DNA from: Octopus vulgaris
Taxonomy: Eukaryota
Reading direction: 5' to 3'
Assembly (NCBI GenBank): GCA_951406725.2
Contig: OX597833.1
Span: 33,790,001-33,854,000 of the forward strand
DNA length: 64,000 nt
The notes below the pieces were generated by a model. It saw only the letters and a program-made list of their open reading frames with translations. It was not told where the DNA came from and did no database searches. Positions 25,072-38,305 of this stretch are shown one piece after another. The translations under genes were made by a program, and so were the position numbers. Within the stretch, counting starts at the first letter, position 1; the number at the start of each line of letters is the position of its first letter.

Positions 25072-26117
25072 TAGATAATAAATTTTAAGGTTACTATTAC
25101 CCGACTTTATTCACATTTTATACACTCTTAATTTGCCATTTAGTTCTCAATTTCCAGGTGTGTATGGTAGCAGTTTCGTTACAACCACAGCCCGCCATAG
25201 TATGGAACTTGCTAAAAGCAATGTTTTGGCTCGTTTGATATAATTACTCTAAAATAGGTATATATTTTCAATAAAATTTACATTATTTATTCCACAGTCT
25301 TCTAACGGCTATTAGTAATTCAATAGTCCTTATTAACAACATATGATCATATAATGTTTGTAGCGTTCTTTTACATACCACTAGCTGATAGCTTGTACTT
25401 CTAATCAATTACTAATCTCAAACGGGATTCTTATGGAGAATTTATCAATAACCTTCTTGTAGATCTTTCTTTCAACCGACATATATGCTTACAATTATTT
25501 TACAAAATGACATGCGCACGCACGCAGGAACACATAAGCACGCACACATGCATACACACAAGAGCACGTGCAAGCACACACACACACACATACACACGCC
25601 AAATTATCTAGATGAATGTTTTTCATACATATTCCATGACACATTAACCTTTCTAGGAATAAAAACATTAACTCTTTAGCATTCAGATTACTCTGTTAAA
25701 TACAATGCTCACTCATTCACATTGATTTGAATTAATCATGCATTACCCTGTAACTTTGAGATTTTGATGATGTGATTGTTTATGTTTTGAACAACATTGT
25801 TGGATTCGTGTGAGAGACCAGATCTGGCCAGTTTGAACATTAAACAGGTAGAAAGTTTTGGCCGGATATAGCCAGTTTAAATGATAGAGGGTTAAGCCAA
25901 TCCATTAAGTTATCCTGATTTATTCTGGATTACACTTAGGCACTTTTTCTTGACCCATAGTCTTCCATCTCCAATAAATATACTCATTACCATATCTTAA
26001 TTTTTGTTTTTCTCTTCACTCCTTTTCCAGCCTTCCATTCCACCTAACCGTCTAATGACTTGTATGATCAATGTTTCTTGAGTTTTAACCTCGAATAAAA
26101 TAAATATTCCTTTTACT

Positions 26118-26378
26118 GTAAAGCCAATCGCCACATCAAAGTGGCTGTTGAATGTCACTACTAGTATGACCCCCCCACGTAGATTCTCCACCCGCTGGTT
26201 ATCGGTGCGACTCTGCACCCTTTATATACAATATATAGTTAGCAGGGAGAGCGAACCCCTACTAACAATGTATATAAAGGGTGCTGAGTCTCACCGATAA
26301 CCAGTTAGTGGAGAATCTGCCTGGGGTTAAGCCAGTAATAACATTCAACAACCACTATGATGTGGCGACTGGTTTTAC
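26118..26378. repeat. Long imperfect fold-back (~260 nt), MITE-like
   Basis: GTAAAGCCAATCGCCACATCAAAGTGG... pairs with ...CCACTATGATGTGGCGACTGGTTTTAC through to the central AGGG-AGAGCGAAC-CCCT. Confidence 0.85.
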
Positions 26379-26686
26379 TATTTAGTATAGTTATACCTCC
26401 GGTCTTTTCGTGAGATTTTACAACTATTCTTTTATTGCATATTATTTTTAAAATTGTAAAGCCTATCGTACACACACATCCTACCGGTGAAGCTTTCCTC
26501 CTTGTGTCAAAATCTTACAAGGTAACAAACAGTTCTTTCAACGGTTCAACAACTCTACAGGCAAAATTTGATGTCCCAATCAACTTTGACGTTCAAAGTC
26601 AAAATAAATCTGATTCTTCACACTATATTCACACCATCGCTTCAACATACTATTCTTCAATGTGCTTTTAAATAGGAACCTTATAT

Positions 26687-26730
<44 letters not shown>

Positions 26731-26760
26731 ATACACACACACATAGACAGACACGTAATG

Positions 26761-26861
<101 letters not shown>

Positions 26862-27325
26862 TGGTGTAAATATGTATATCCACATGTGCTTATATAGCAG
26901 ACTTGCATATACAAACAAATGTGCATATTTGCATACATACACTCATACATACACGTACACACACACACACTCTCTCTCTCACGTGTATATGCATATGTAT
27001 GCTTGCATTCATATGCATATAGTCACCTATCTTCTGGACAGATATATGATTTAAGATGCATATATGAAATACAAATGCAGATGCATTCAGAAATACACTC
27101 TGATGCTCACTTTTAAAAATTACACAAACGCATATACATGAAAAGCACACTAAAAATTAAAATGCGCATATGCAGAAACACGCGCACATACACTCACACA
27201 CAGTTATTCCTACACTCACACGTACATAAACATGCTCAATCAAAACCTTCTTACTTTTTACAGTCAATAACCACCTGTTACAAAGTGTAAATATTCAAAG
27301 CGTCACACACAAGGACACACACACA

Positions 27326-27389
<64 letters not shown>

Positions 27390-27400
27390 GGGACACACAC

Positions 27401-27622
27401 ATGTTATAATTTAGAACAAACAGTAAAAGGTTGTCATTATAGTACTCGCAGTTGCGAATGTCGGAGCGAAGAGCTACGATACATTCTCGACGGTTATTAA
27501 TGGCAACAGACGTCTGTTGCCATTAATAACCGACGAGGATGTATCGTAGCTCTTCGCTCGGACATTCGAAACTCCGAGTACTAGAATGACAACCTTTTAC
27601 TGTTTGTTCTAAATTATAACAT
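27401..27622. repeat. Zero-loop palindrome (111-bp arms) carrying a hammerhead-like core
   Basis: Centre GAC|GTC at 27511/27512, about 6 mismatches, no indels; right arm CCGACGA-GGAUGU...ACAUUC-GAAAC-UCCGA-GUA; the downstream tail (27625-27680) is homologous to 6550-6615. Confidence 0.9.
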
Positions 27623-27699
27623 ATATAAATTACTCCTCTATTTATCTAATATCGAGGTCTCATTCTTTTGTTGTTACTTTTTACTACTACTGTTATTAT

Positions 27700-28724
27700 T
27701 ATTATTCAGTAGTTTTATTTTTATAGCGTGTTTTCACTTCGCTACTGAGCGCAGCTCTGTGTGCTTTGGGTTATTATATGTGTGCTGTGGTTTGTTGTGA
27801 TGCTCTTACGGTTATTGTATTGAAAGTGTTTTGCGTAGGATGTGTGCAGTGCCCAGTAGTGCAATTTTCTGTATGTTATATATATTTGTTAGTCCTGGTG
27901 TTTTTGTTATGTATTTATCTGAATATTTTTTATCATATCTAATGCGCCTACTATGATAGGAATTGTTCCTGTTTTTAGATTGCACATTCGAGTTACCTCT
28001 ATTTCCAGGTTTTTGTATTTTGAAAGTTTCTCCATTTCTTTTAGAGAAACGTTGTCATCCACTGATATTGATACATCGATTAGAAAGCATTTTTTTCTTG
28101 ATGATCTCTGACAACTATATCTGGCCTATTGGCCTTAATTTCTCTATCTGTGTGTATTGGCACATCCCACTGTATGGTTGCTTTCTCATTTTCTGTGACC
28201 TTTTCTGGTGGGTGCCTATACCATCTTTTTTCTGTTGTTATTCCATAGTGTTGGCATAGCTTCCAGTGTATGTAGGTCCCAACTCTGTCGTGTCTGTGAA
28301 TATATTCCTTCTTAGCCAGGACTGGGCAGCCAGAAATAATATGATTTATTGTTTCTTGTCCATCTCCGCATATTCTGCAGTTACTTGTTATATTTCTTTT
28401 CATTATATGTTTTTAGTAATTTCTTGTAGGGAGGCTTTGGTCTTGTGCAGCAATTAAAAATCCCTCCGTCTCTGCTTTGGGTCCTGAGTGGGATTTTTCT
28501 CTGTCTATTTCTTTTGCATTTAGTTTAGTCCAGTATTTGCCATGAAGGGGCTTTTCTTGCCATCGTTTTATCATGGTCCGTTGCTGTTCTAGTTTTAGGT
28601 TGGATTTCATTTGTTTTATAGCTTTTGTTGTTTCTTCTTCTTCTTCTTCTTCTTCTTCTTCTTCTTCTTCTTCTTCTTCTTCTTCTTCTTCTTCTTCTTC
28701 TTCTTCTTCTTCTTCTTCTTCTTC

Positions 28725-28764
<40 letters not shown>

Positions 28765-28872
28765 TTAGATAGTATGATTTCTTGTTTGTATTTGTCAGCT
28801 TCCTTAAATACTGAGAACAGTTTTTTGTTTTGCTCGTGTTTTGCCGCTATCTGTATCAGTTTTCCTTCCTTG
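27700..28872 (-). mobile_element. Dong/R4-like LINE, 5'-truncated (zinc knuckle + restriction-like endonuclease)
   Basis: WQEKPLHGKY, ETEGFLIAAQDQ, CRICGDGQETINHIISGC, RHD, RPDIV; 3' end runs into (TAA)n. Confidence 0.88.
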
Positions 28873-29125
28873 AAATTATTGGATCTAGGTTAGAAACAGG
28901 TTCTTTCTCTATTGGCAAAAAATCTTGAAATAAACTGAATAATGACATACTTACTTTCATGCATACATACATAAGTGCCAACCCATGAAACTCTCGGACC
29001 TTGAGACACCCTGTTGCTTCCGTTAAATATTAATAGAAATATACATGTACTCATATTTAGAGTTCTATTTTACCTGTTTGCATCACCATACTTATATACT
29101 TATATACGTATATATATATATATAT

Positions 29126-29416
29126 ATAACATAAGGGACGTTAGCCATCTGAATGTGGCTAGGGACAGGGCAGGGCGGTGGTGGTGTTACTGATGCATTT
29201 AGCCCCAGGCGATCATCAACGTCACCAGGAGGGCTGACGCCATCACGGCGTCCTCTAGCCTGCAAAGGGACTCCCTTTGCAGACTAGAGGACGCCGTGAT
29301 GGCGTCAGCCCTCCTGGTGACGTTGATGATCGCCTGGGGCTAAATGCATCAGTAACACCCCCACCGCCCTGCCCTGTCCTTAGCCACATTCAGATGGCTA
29401 ACGTCCCTTATGTTAT
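29126..29416. repeat. Near-perfect fold-back (145-bp arms, 1-nt loop) of a PLE-type module 3' end
   Basis: Centre GCAAAGGGA-C-TCCCTTTGC; 3 mismatches by eye; the arm matches 17011-17156. Confidence 0.93.
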
Positions 29417-29485
29417 GGAGCAGTTACTGTCTATATCTCGTTTAGAGAATTATTATTGCTATATATATATATATATGTGTGTGTG

Positions 29486-29595
<110 letters not shown>

Positions 29596-29746
29596 TGTGT
29601 GTGTGCACGCGGATGTATGCATATATGTGCATATATATATGTATGTATGTATATTGTATTTATGTATGTATGCATGCATGTATGTATGTAGAAAATTGAA
29701 AAGGAACACACGAGTTGACATGTATAAGGACAATAAGACGAAGAGG

Positions 29747-30103
29747 AAAATGCTAATCTAACTTTATCATGAATAACATTTTAGTGCCGGTTTCAGTCAT
29801 TGCGACTTTTTCAACTTAGAATAAAGTATGAAAAACAATTAAATAGTGGAAATATTAAATGAAATGGTTTTTAAAAAAATATTTTCATAGTTTTCAAAAG
29901 AGTGAAAAAGAGAGACAGAGACAGGCAGAAAAAGGAAAATGCCCCTTGCATTTGAAAACTATGGAAATATTTTTTTTAAAAACATTTCATTTAATTTTTA
30001 CACAATTTTATTGTTTTTCATACTTTATTCTAAGTTGAAAAAGTCGCAGTAACTGAAACCGGTACTAAAATGTTCTTCATAATAAAATTATTTTAGCATT
30101 TTT
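29747..30103. repeat. Inverted repeat (~150-bp arms), each arm with a hammerhead core
   Basis: 29747-29898 pairs with 29951-30103. Confidence 0.9.
30027..30071 (+). ncRNA. Minimal hammerhead, C3U:G8A variant (mirror copy at 29778-29822, minus)
   Basis: AUUCUAAG-UUGAAAA-AGUCGCAGUAACU-GAAAC-CG-GUA-CUAAAAU, then AATAAA at 30081; the mirror copy has a perfect AGUC/GACU stem II but GCA at the cleavage site. Confidence 0.62.
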
Positions 30104-30532
30104 TACTGGCTTCTGCACAGTTTTTATCTACCAAATTTCATCACAAAACATTGGTCGGTTTAAGATAAAAAACACTTATCCAAAATGCCGCACTGAACCT
30201 GAAACCTTGTGGTTTCAAAGCGAACTTCTTAACCACACAACCATGCTTGCGCCTATATGTATGTATGTATGTGTGTATGTATGTATGTATGTATGTTCGA
30301 ATAAAAATAGCTGTAGCCCTCATGGCCATGTATAGATTAGAGTCGAAATCGTTATTAAATTATAAATATGAAAGAAGGAATTTAATGACGACGATGACGA
30401 CGACAAGAGCAGAAACAAAAGCAACAACTACTGAAACGTGGTAAAGATTACTTTAACTTGATACGGCAAATTTATTTATTATTGCGTTTTACATTGGAAT
30501 ATAAATGTGTAATTGTGTATGTATACGCACGC

Positions 30533-30574
<42 letters not shown>

Positions 30575-30581
30575 TATCAAC

Positions 30582-30618
<37 letters not shown>

Positions 30619-32999
30619 AAATATATATATATATGTATATATATATATGTATATATATATATGTGTGTGTATATATGTATGTATGTGTATATATATGTAT
30701 ACACGCATGTCTATATATATATATATATATAATATGCATGTACACACACACACACATATATATATTTACACGCGTATGCATGTATGCTAATGGCCTTAGT
30801 TTAGCTCAGATTACCTGCTGCCTTTATTCAATATCCAATCAAGAAGCATTACATAAAATACAAAAGAAGCAAAACGCATATAAAACAGTGTAACACTATC
30901 GCCACCATACAAATGTCATTTTTTGTTGCTTTAAACTTAAGCTGTTGCTATGAACTTTGACTGTCTTCTTAAACTATTATAACTCTGATACCATTATTAG
31001 CTGACCAAGGTTTAATCTTACATCAGGTTAAGCGAGAAGCCCTCGAACATTTCCTTCGATTAACGAAAATTGGACATTTCTTTTATTTATTTCCTTCTTA
31101 TAGATCAACCAATGAAATTTATGCTGCTATTTTATCTGACTAAAGTTTTCTTTTCAAAATGTAAAATAGATTTCTGGCATATCTAGGCGACATTGGCTCA
31201 CCATTTGTCTAGATTAACTAGACTTGCTGGTTGACTATCTTATTAATTTATCCTTGCTAAATTAATTGACTCGCCTCGCTCATAAAATTCGTCGTTTGGC
31301 AGATAGCCTTACCAAACTATGCTGAATATGATTTGCAGATGGTGCTTCTTTCACCTTTTCCTCACTATAAGCTTCATCGAAACCGACAGTGCTGTAGGTA
31401 AGTCACCATAAACCATTTCTTTCTTTTGCAAGAACGAATTACTGAGTAAAAACAAAATTATAATAATAATCCTTTCTTTTTTTAGCCATTAAGTACAATT
31501 TCATTCAATTTCACACTCACATACAATTACACAAGGCTTTAACAACTAGTTGAGGATGCTAGAATAACAAAGGAGGATGGACAAGGCAGTCATATAAAAA
31601 AAGACGCAGTTAAGTTAGGGGTGGTATACATAGAATTTTTATTTTTATTTGTGAAAAAATAAGTATATAAATTGCTATAAAGGAAACGATAATTAAGAAG
31701 GTATTTAGGGTTACCAACTCGCACACTAACAACCACTAAGTTGGGTCAGAGAAGCTCGTTGTTTTATCCTTCCGACACTCTTCATAGCGAGTTCTGCTGC
31801 AACTAAAGGCGTTGTTTATATTTTTGGATTTGGTAGGTTACGAAAATCGCAATGTCTTCGGCAAGAACTTACTTTAAATGTTCGTAACATGTTAATTAGT
31901 ACTTTGCTAATAATCTGCCTTCACATATTCATAGTTCTCTTCCTCTACTAAATCGCTTCTGAGAATAATTTGCAGTCAAATGCGTAACTTGCACGCAGAT
32001 ATACAGATTTTAGCGACCATATAAGCCATGACTTCGTCCAGCGAAGTTGAATCATTTTCACATTTTCTTGTGTATTTTCTTTGATGTTCGCTCTTTTTAG
32101 AGGAAATTTTTCTCCTGTTTTTATTTTACATGCCCTTTCAAACAGTTTGGAAATCTTGTTCAGCTTCCATCTGCATAATTTCAGAAGGATAGAGCTGATG
32201 ATGGCGGTGACTGTATCAAGGGAAACGGTATGCCTCGTAGATAGTTCCAGAATGAGGAACGGAATGACATTCTTTCGCTATCTCTGCAACTTTGCCCAGT
32301 GATATAAAAAAACGCAGGGTCTCTTGGCATACAACGAGTCTGCGGTTGCTGCTACCTTTATTGCATCACAGCACTTTCCTTTCTTTTTAGCTTCTCCAGT
32401 TCTTCAGAGTAAAAAGACTTCAAATGACCTTTGCTTCCACAAGCGTAGCAACTAGGCTTTTTACTCTGAATCACGAGTCTCTTGACCTTCGTTTCTGTTT
32501 GCATCAGGGCTCAGTTCCTCTATGTCAATGTGATTTTCGGGAATCATTAGAACTTGTAGGTTTGTAAGTCCATTCTGATCTCTCCTAACCACACATCGCC
32601 CCTCACTACCTATAAACTGATCCCCCGCCCATATTGCCATTCGAAAGTGACTTTGAGGTAGACGTAACTATCGTCTGATCCTCACACTTGTATTTCTCTG
32701 TCCCATATATTAAGAAACAAGTGTACTAGCGAGTACGTGTATCGGTATCGTTCCCTGCTTTGGGGTTGTATTTTCGGTGTCAAAAGATGGTTCACGCGCC
32801 GGGACTTTGATTTTCTGCTCCTCTTAAAGGAGGAGAGTTCCCTCACACTTTTGATATTACTTCTTTAACACTTTTGAAGGCTATGCAAAATAACGGAAAT
32901 GCTTTCGTTTAGCTAAGTGTATATATGTCATCGGTGTTGCTGTTCTTCAAAGCATTTCATGTTGAGGCATGTTGTTGACATTCTTATAAAAAACCTGTC

Positions 33000-33156
33000 G
33001 AGCAAATCGACCCCAGGACTTATTCTTTGTAAGCCTAGTACTTATTCTATCGGTCTCTTTTGCCGAACCGCTAGGTTACGGGGACGTAAACACACCACCA
33101 TCGGTTGTCAAGCGATGTTGGGGGACAAACACAGACACACAAATATATACACACAC

Positions 33157-33228
<72 letters not shown>

Positions 33229-33385
33229 TACGACGGGCATCTTTCAGTTTCCGTCTACCAAATCTACTCACTAGAAGTCACTTGTCCAAAGTGCCATGCA
33301 GTGGGAATGAACCCGAACCATGTGGTTGGTAAGCAAGCTACTTACCACACAGACACACCAAGCTACTTACCACACAGCTACTCCA
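33000..33385 (-). mobile_element. SINE family B with internal (TA)n expansion
   Basis: Homologous to 18580-18958 and 44287-44640. Confidence 0.85.
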
Positions 33386-33416
33386 TTCAGACATATAATT
33401 GCAAGCAATGGTAAAA

Positions 33417-33464
33417 TGGTGGTGGTGGTGATGGTGGTGGTGGTGATGATGATGGTGATGATGA

Positions 33465-33498
<34 letters not shown>

Positions 33499-33539
33499 GG
33501 TGGTGGTGGTGGTGGTGATGATGATGATGGTGGTGGTGG

Positions 33540-33585
<46 letters not shown>

Positions 33586-33605
33586 GGTGGTGGTGGTGGT
33601 GGTGG

Positions 33606-33654
<49 letters not shown>

Positions 33655-33659
33655 GATGA

Positions 33660-33693
<34 letters not shown>

Positions 33694-33734
33694 GGTGGTG
33701 GTGGTGGTGGTGGTGGTGGTGGTGGTGGTGATGA

Positions 33735-33768
<34 letters not shown>

Positions 33769-33836
33769 GGTGATGATGATGATGATGGTGGTGGTGGTGA
33801 TGATGATGATGATGATAATGATGATAATGATGATGA

Positions 33837-33870
<34 letters not shown>

Positions 33871-33892
33871 GGTGGTGGTGGTGTTGATGATG
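33417..33892. repeat. Compound (GGT)n/(GAT)n block microsatellite
   Basis: Alternating in-phase blocks. Confidence 0.97.
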
Positions 33893-33894
33893 AA

Positions 33895-34613
33895 AATGCA
33901 ATACCAGGCAGTGGCTCTCATGTCTTCAGATATTCTTTTCTGCTCTACGCACACGGCCTGAAATTTTGGTGGAGGGGAACAGTCGATTAGATCGACCCAG
34001 TATGCAACTGGTACTTAATTCATCGGACCCGAAAGGATGAAAGGCAAAGTCGACCTCGGCAAAATTTAGACTTAGAACGTAGCGGCAGACGAAATACCGC
34101 CAAGTATTTCGCTAGCTCGCCGCCTTATTCATGGCTTCTGATATTAACTGATTGGAAGTGTTATCATGTACATTGTTTTGTCTTGGTATAAAAGATGGAC
34201 CACAGATTTGCTTGTCAGTTGTTTTACCTTAACCAATTGAGCATGTCCCTTAGTTGCTGGTGATATATGTACCCCTGATCACGAGCAGAAGTAGTGGGGG
34301 AGCACCATAGCCATGTGTTGAAAAGAATTCTTTGGGGCTTGGATAATTCATTCTGAAAGCATGGGTGTTTTGTTCATCATCCTTAAACAACCCTTATTCA
34401 GGTACATTTGGGCAGGATGGGATAGTCAACCTGAAGGAAATTCTAACTGGGCCCCACCTGCAAGGTCATGCGCGAGATCACCATGTCGCGCACATATGGT
34501 TGTGATGCATGTGCTTGGTGTACCCTTATCAGACGGGTAGTCATTATGGGTATATTGGGCTTCGTATATTTTACCCCAGCGTCATTTTGATGGCATGCAC
34601 TGCTCTCTCACTC

Positions 34614-34614
<1 letters not shown>
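33895..34614. mobile_element. ~550-bp non-coding (TAA)n-associated repeat, copy 1, with a nested family-A SINE (33940-34125)
   Basis: Homologous to 34852-35394 and 48847-49244; ends GCACTGCTCTCTCACTC(AAT)n. Confidence 0.8.
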
Positions 34615-34648
<34 letters not shown>

Positions 34649-34674
34649 CAACAGCAACAGCAACACCAACAACG

Positions 34675-34747
<73 letters not shown>

Positions 34748-34851
34748 CAGCAGCAGCAGCAGTAATAATAATAATAATAATAGTAATAATAATAATAATA
34801 ATAGTAATAATCATAATAATAATAATAATGATAATGATGATGATGATGATA

Positions 34852-35394
34852 AATGCCCTGTAGCTCTCATGGCTTCTGATCTTAACTGATTGGAAGCGAT
34901 ATCATGTACATTGTTATGGCTTGGTATAAAAGATGGGCTACAGCAAATATTCTGCTCAATACCACAGATTTGCTTGTCAATTGTTTGACCTTAACCAGTT
35001 GATCATGTCCCTTAGTGGCTAATAATATGTGCATCTCTGACCACGAACAGCGGTAGTGGGGTAGCATCATAGCCGTGTGTTGAAAGGAATTCTTGGAGGT
35101 TTGGATAATTCACCTTTGGAAACATGGGTGTTTCGTTCAACATCCTTAAACAATCCTTTTCCAGGGACCTTTTGAGCGGGATAGGTTACTCGACTAAAAA
35201 AAAATTTTAACTGGGCCCCACCTGCAAGGTCATGCATTGTTTATCTTGATATGAGATCAGCATTTCGCGCGCATATGGTTGTGATGCATGTGCCTGGTGT
35301 ACCTTTATCAGACGGGTAGTCATTATGGGTATACTGGGCTTCTTATATTTTACCCCAGTGTCATTTTGATGGCATGCACTGCTCTCTCACTCAA
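34852..35394. mobile_element. ~550-bp (TAA)n-associated repeat, copy 2
   Basis: Same sequence as copy 1, flanked by triplet repeats on both sides. Confidence 0.85.
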
Positions 35395-35396
35395 TG

Positions 35397-35465
<69 letters not shown>

Positions 35466-35467
35466 TG

Positions 35468-36630
35468 ATAATAGGTATCAACACTCTAGCCATCCCAGTT
35501 ATAAGTTACAACTACAATATCTCTAACTGGACACTAAATGAACTATTCTAATAGACAGGAAAGCAAGAAAAATAATGACAGGATTTAGGATGCACCACCA
35601 AAAATCTGACATAGAAAGGTTATATATATATACAACGTATAAAAAGTGGAAGAGCTAGAAAACTTTTACAAAATTACCACCATAGGACTACAGAAATACC
35701 TACATCACAAGCAAGGAAAACTAATACAAACAGCCGCAAAACACGAACAAAACAAAAAAAAACTGTTTTCAGTCTTAAGGAAACTGACAAATACAAAAGA
35801 AGTCATAGTCCCTAACAACTCTGAAGAAAACGAAGAAACAACAAGAGTTGTAACACAAATGAAATCCAAACTAAAACTGGAACAGCAACGGATGATGATA
35901 AAACGATGGCAAGAAAAGCCCCTTCATGGCAAATACTGGGTTAAACTAAACACAAAAGAAATAGAGACAAAGCAAAATCCCAGCAATGGTTGAGAAGCTC
36001 AGAACTCAAAGCAGAGACGGAGGGATTTTTAATTGCAGCACAGAAGTAACTGCAGAATATGTGGAGATGGACAAGAAGCAATAAATCATATTATCTCTGG
36101 CTGGAATAACAACAGAAAAGATGGTATAGGCACCCGCCAGAAAAGGTCACAGAAAATGAGAAAGCAACCATACAATGGGATATGCCAATACACACAGATA
36201 AAGAAATTAAGGCCAATAGGCTGGATATAGTTGTCAGAAATCATCAAGAAAAAATGTTTTCTAATCGATGTATCAATATCAACACATAGCAACGTTTCTC
36301 TAAAAGAAATAGAGAAACTTTCAAAATACAAAGACCTGGAAATAGAGGTAACTCGAATGTGGAATCTAAAAACAGAAGCAATTTCTATCATAGTAGGCGC
36401 ATTAGGTATGATAAAAGAAAAGTATTCAGACAAATACATAACAAAAACAGCAGGACTAACAAATATATATAACATACAGAAAATAGCACTAATAGGCACC
36501 GCATACATCCTACGTAAAACACTTTCAATACAGTAACAAAAAGAGCATCACAACAAACCACAGCACATATCCAAGGCACACAGAGCTGCACTCGGTGGTG
36601 CAGAGAAAGCACGTGATAAGAATAAGGCTA

Positions 36631-36634
<4 letters not shown>
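35468..36634 (+). mobile_element. Dong/R4-like LINE, 5'-truncated, frameshifted
   Basis: Same family as 27700-28872 (WQEKPLHGKY, CRICG, EKLSKYKDL, IIVGALG); embedded in (TAA)n. Confidence 0.88.
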
Positions 36635-36713
<79 letters not shown>

Positions 36714-36774
36714 CGACGACAACAACAACAATAACAATAATAGCTACAACAGCAACAACAACAACAACAACAAC

Positions 36775-36809
<35 letters not shown>

Positions 36810-37400
36810 GACACCGAGAGCACTATACTGGCAGCGCAAAACCAAGCTTTGGCCACGAACGAGGAAGTGTCTCCGCTGTGCCGCATCTGTAATAGAGTGG
36901 ATGAAACGATCAGGTAACGAAAGTTCTATATTGGAAACTGTGCAAAAAGTGGGGGCTAGAGAGAGGTAAGACGTGGTATGAGCATAAACTGCAGAGAATG
37001 ACGGAGTCTGAGACTTGCAAAATCCTCTGGAATTTCCCAATCCAAACATCAGGTGCTAGAGCATAACAGTCCAGACCTAGTAGTGGTCGACAAGATTCAC
37101 CACATGTACTATATAGATGATGTTGCATGCCCCATTGACCCACGAATATTCAAAAAGGAAGGCGAAAAATAGATAGATACAACCCTCTTAAGTAGAAAAT
37201 AACCCGGCTATAGAAAATGAAGAAAGTGAAAATAGTACCAATTATTGTTGGGTCCTTGGGAACAGTATCAGAAGGCATGAAGAAGAATATAAAGGAAATT
37301 GGAATAGAGTACCCAATAGAACTGCTACAAAAGTTTGCCTCCTTGGCACGGCCAGAATAATCAGGAAAGTATTAGCTGCAAGGCTCCAGGAGTTCCAACC
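36810..37400 (+). mobile_element. 3' fragment of a second RLE-type LINE family
   Basis: RPDLVVVDK, DVACP, KIVPIIVGSLGTV, LLGTARIIRKVL remnants; a related fragment lies at 48330-48655. Confidence 0.7.
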
Positions 37401-37419
37401 AAGCTTGTAATAAAAAGAA

Positions 37420-37456
<37 letters not shown>

Positions 37457-37757
37457 CAAATTTTGGAACAAGACCAGCAAGTTCAGGGAAGGGGTTAAGT
37501 CGATTACATCGACTTCAGGGCTCAACTGGTACTTATTTTATCACCTCGAAAGGATGAAAGGCAAAGTCGACCTCAGCAGAATTTGAACTCAATGAAGATG
37601 GATACCTAGAACCGTAGCTCCCCAAAATATGAAAAATTGATCAGTTAGCTAGCTGAAATTTACCAGGAACCTGAGAGAAACAATGTTAAATGCACAAAAA
37701 TCTGGTAGTAAAACATTTATTTGACACATTAATTTTGATTATCACATGGAAATATTC

Positions 37758-38305
37758 TTTTCTATTCTAGGCACAAGGTCCAAAATTTTGGAGGAGCGGC
37801 CAGTCGACTAGATCGACCCCAGTACGCAACTGGTATTTAATCTATCGACCCCGAAAGGATGAAAGGCAAAGTTGACCTCGGCGGAATTTGAACTCAGAAC
37901 GTAGACAGACAAAATACCTATTTCTTTACTACCCACAAGGGGCTAAACACAGAGAGGACAAACAAGGACAGACAAAGGAATTAAGTCGATTACGTCGACC
38001 CCAGTGCGTAACTAGTACTTAATTTATCGACCCTGAAAAAATGAAAGGCAAAGTTGACCTCGGCGGAATTTGAACTCAGAACGTAGCGACAGACGAAATA
38101 CCTATTTCTTTACTACCTAAAAAGTGCTAAACACAGAGGAGATAAACAAGGGCAGACAAAGGAATTAAGTCGATTATATTGACCCCAGTGCGTAACTGGT
38201 ACTTATTTAATCGACCCCGAAAGGATGAAAGGCAAAGTCGACCTCGGCGGAATTTGAACTCAGAACGTAACGGCAGACGAAATACCGCTAAGCATTTCGC
38301 CCGCG
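37758..38305 (-). mobile_element. Tandem trimer of family-A SINE
   Basis: Three consecutive cores (~37810, ~37995, ~38180) joined through AAATACCTATTTCTTTACTACC; another copy at 37455-37592. Confidence 0.9.

Noticed and set aside
29280-29350. HDV-like ribozyme suggested by GGGGCTAA
   Set aside because: GGGCT is paired in a simple stem with AGCCC; I could not build the P1/P3/P1.1 nested pseudoknot.
31700-32900. Possible decayed coding region on the minus strand
   Set aside because: Coding-like composition but no motif I can recognise.
33320-33961. Poly-His and poly-Val/Met ORFs
   Set aside because: Translations of a triplet microsatellite; no splice or domain evidence.
37758-38305. CRISPR-like repeat array
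   Set aside because: The units are whole SINE copies without unique spacers; eukaryotic context and no cas genes.
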